Below, in pieces: positions 30,921-32,460 of a DNA stretch of 32,460 bases. Location: assembly GCA_039801285.1 (NCBI GenBank), contig JBDRUJ010000003.1:1-32460 (forward strand). Direction: 5' to 3'. The stretch comes from a candidate division WOR-3 bacterium. GTDB lineage: Bacteria; Hydrothermota; Tepidihabitantia; Tepidihabitantales; Tepidihabitantaceae. Numbering within the stretch: position 1 is the first letter of the stretch; the number at the start of each line of letters is the position of its first letter. The notes under the pieces are model-generated. The model did not search any database, was not told where the DNA came from, and saw nothing but the letters and a program-made list of their open reading frames with translations. Made by a program: the position numbers and the translations under genes.

Positions 30921-31213
30921 AGTTTAGCTCATCTCTTACCCTAGCTGCTGCCCTTTTGCTGTATATAGGATGTCTCGGTTGTGCAGGCCTCCTCAGGAGC
31001 ACTAAGGGTGGCAGTCAAGCCGCACCGATTGGTATCAGAACCGAGACAAGGGCGGTCTGCCCGAAGTGCGGTAGTCAGGATACCTGGGCTCACTACGAGC
31101 ATATCGGGTGTCCAAAGCCCACCGGCACCAATGCCAGCTCTTGGGAAAAGGAAGCGATGCTGACGAAAGACGCGTGCCCCAGCCCATGCCCTGTCCGGGC
31201 TGCAACAGCATAA
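30917..31213 (+). CDS. small hydrophobic-N-terminus, Cys-rich hypothetical protein (possibly frameshifted)
   Basis: ATG 30917 overlaps the upstream stop (ATGA). N-terminus MKFSSSLTLAAALLLYIGCLGCAG, then VCPKCGSQDT.... A zinc-ribbon motif continues in another frame (see 31186-31266). Confidence 0.5.
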   Translation: MKFSSSLTLAAALLLYIGCLGCAGLLRSTKGGSQAAPIGIRTETRAVCPKCGSQDTWAHYEHIGCPKPTGTNASSWEKEAMLTKDACPSPCPVRAATA

Positions 31214-31266
31214 TTTTGCCCGCGAACCTTTACTGCAGGGACTGCGGTCACCGCTGGACCCCATAG
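31186..31266 (+). other. out-of-frame zinc-ribbon coding segment (micro-ORF or frameshifted 3' end of the preceding gene)
   Basis: MPCPGCNSIILPANLYCRDCGHRWTP, a CxxC-x10-CxxC pattern typical of short zinc-ribbon domains. This frame is open from 31075 and overlaps the 3' end of 30917-31213. Confidence 0.3.
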
Positions 31267-31318
31267 ACCTATTATTGTCTGGCTCGGCGTTTGAAGTGCT
31301 ATAGATGGGGCGCTCCAG

Positions 31319-31343
31319 TTGCGCACCACTAGGTGTGCTTTTG
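31319..31343 (+). terminator. possible intrinsic terminator
   Basis: CGCACC-ACTA-GGTGTG hairpin (one G.U pair) followed by CTTTTGG. Confidence 0.3.
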
Positions 31344-31457
31344 GCGCAACCGGGCTCATCTGAAACACTTCCCTGTGCCATATGTCCATTGCCGGCACCT
31401 TAGGGCAATCAGTACCTTTGCCTGACCGGGTAACGATGTCTTGGCCCTATGGCTTTC

Positions 31458-31485
31458 TTGACAGCCAGACCGAAATCGATAATTT
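31458..31485 (+). promoter_or_regulatory. sigma70-type promoter, short SD-less leader
   Basis: TTGACA (31458-31463), 16-nt spacer, TAATTT (31480-31485). ATG 31496 lies 10 nt downstream. Confidence 0.4.
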
Positions 31486-31495
31486 CAGACGACCG

Positions 31496-32104
31496 ATGAA
31501 ACGGAAGCCATGCCTTTTCTGGTATCCTGCCGCGTTCACGGTTCTCCTCGTCCTTGCCTGTGATGAGTTGCTTCCACCCGATGGCGGCCTTGAGCCGACC
31601 GGCACACCATTTACTCTACACCCCGGCATAGCGGTTATCGCCATCGCGGGCAGTGTCCGCAACTTCAGCCCCAACGGCCAGTTTGCCTTGGACATGACCA
31701 TCCGGTCCAAGACTTCTTCGTCGGTGAGTGACACCCTGCCGGCCGGCCTGCTGCTGGTATCGACCAAGCGGCAGGTCCAGCATATGGTGCTGCTCAAGCC
31801 CCATATCATTACCGCCGGTTCTTCAGCGACACTGGTGGTACTCGGCACCTTCTGCTGCAACGAGTTTCGGGAAATTCCCAATGCCAACGACTCTTTTGCC
31901 CTGGGCCCGATTACCGACAACGCGGGACTAAACCAGATAATAGCCATTATCCGGCACAAGAATATCTCGAATGACTTGGGAATGGTGCAACGTGCGGTCT
32001 GGATGGTCACCGACTCAACCGGCCTTACCCAGGCTTATATTGACTCGCTGAACGCCCTGCCAGCTGACACGCTGATGATTCCCGGTCGGCGGAAGTCGGA
32101 ATGA
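31496..32104 (+). CDS. hypothetical lipoprotein
   Basis: ATG 31496 is preferred over the track start 31382, which would place the promoter inside the ORF. N-terminus MKRKPCLFWYPAAFTVLLVLAC has a lipobox-like LVLAC. I recognise no family. Confidence 0.7.
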   Translation: MKRKPCLFWYPAAFTVLLVLACDELLPPDGGLEPTGTPFTLHPGIAVIAIAGSVRNFSPNGQFALDMTIRSKTSSSVSDTLPAGLLLVSTKRQVQHMVLLKPHIITAGSSATLVVLGTFCCNEFREIPNANDSFALGPITDNAGLNQIIAIIRHKNISNDLGMVQRAVWMVTDSTGLTQAYIDSLNALPADTLMIPGRRKSE

Positions 32105-32139
32105 GGGCCGGGTCTAGGGCATACCCCTGGTTCCATATA

Positions 32140-32168
32140 TTGCCAAACGGTCGCTGAGTAGCTAAAAT
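32140..32168 (+). promoter_or_regulatory. sigma70-type promoter abutting ATG (leaderless predicted)
   Basis: TTGCCA (32140-32145), 17-nt spacer, TAAAAT (32163-32168). Five nt (ATCTC) precede ATG 32174. Confidence 0.5.
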
Positions 32169-32173
32169 ATCTC

Positions 32174-32460
32174 ATGAGGCGTGACTTTTCCGTTCATCGA
32201 CCGCTGTTGTCCCAGGGTCGCGACGCCAGCCGTGCCCGTTGCCTGACAGAGCAAGGAATTCAGGCATTCTATCGGGAAGACGAAGAGGCGGCGCTGGACC
32301 TGTTCCTTGAGGCAATTCGGCTCTCACCGGATAACCTGCGGGTACACTATCTTGCCGCACTCTGCGCCAGCCTCCTTTCCGACGAGGAGACCTTAGAAGA
32401 GGTATGCACTCATGCGTTGGCAACCGGCCGGCATCATCCCTACACCGTTGCCTGCGAGGC
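32174..32460 (+). CDS. TPR-like hypothetical protein, 5' partial (runs off the window)
   Basis: The frame is open from ATG 32174 to the window end: MRRDFSVHRPLLSQGRDASRARCLTEQGIQAFYREDEEAALDLFLEAIRLSPDNLRVHYLAALCAS.... It is absent from the ORF track because no stop lies in the window. The antisense ORF 32172-32423 is its shadow. Confidence 0.6.
   Translation, partial: MRRDFSVHRPLLSQGRDASRARCLTEQGIQAFYREDEEAALDLFLEAIRLSPDNLRVHYLAALCASLLSDEETLEEVCTHALATGRHHPYTVACE

Overview
A 32.5-kb, roughly 60% GC chromosomal segment from an uncultivated-type bacterium. T9SS-style C-terminal sorting tails suggest FCB-superphylum affinity, but that is inference. I found no rRNA, CRISPR array, transposase, integrase or phage genes. 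Layout, left to right: (1) five same-strand genes for secreted proteins (FG-GAP/ASPIC, two hypotheticals, SBBP beta-propeller, a 1242-aa Kelch/CARDB/propeller protein), four with T9SS-like tails (49-9563); (2) a PpiD/SurA-like chaperone; (3) a compact five-tRNA cluster (Glu-Gly-Cys-Leu-Lys); (4) a 0.7-kb ORF-free region; (5) a complete rnfCDGEAB operon; (6) a DUF4175-like coiled-coil membrane protein coupled to a TPR protein; (7) a 0.65-kb ORF-free region; (8) housekeeping genes rsmD-coaD-obg-dprA; (9) a convergent PAS histidine kinase / receiver-only regulator / nadC operon; (10) a lower-GC PKD+PQQ-like propeller gene, a small Cys-rich gene, a lipoprotein gene and a partial TPR-like gene. Most notable observations: a REP/MITE-like palindromic insertion at the rnfD-rnfG junction, flanked by a 21-bp duplication and spanned exactly by a 46-codon mini-ORF that overlaps both neighbours; related GGAAT-core heptanucleotide tandem repeats inside two unrelated ORFs (including essential obg), present in in-frame multiples of three; near-consensus sigma70 promoters directly abutting start codons, implying leaderless mRNAs, one with GTG; an identical 16-nt box at the same position upstream of the -35 in the rnf and kinase-regulator-nadC promoters; and three 0.6-0.7-kb ORF-free gaps. 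All calls come from reading the sequence and from remembered family motifs. No database search was run.
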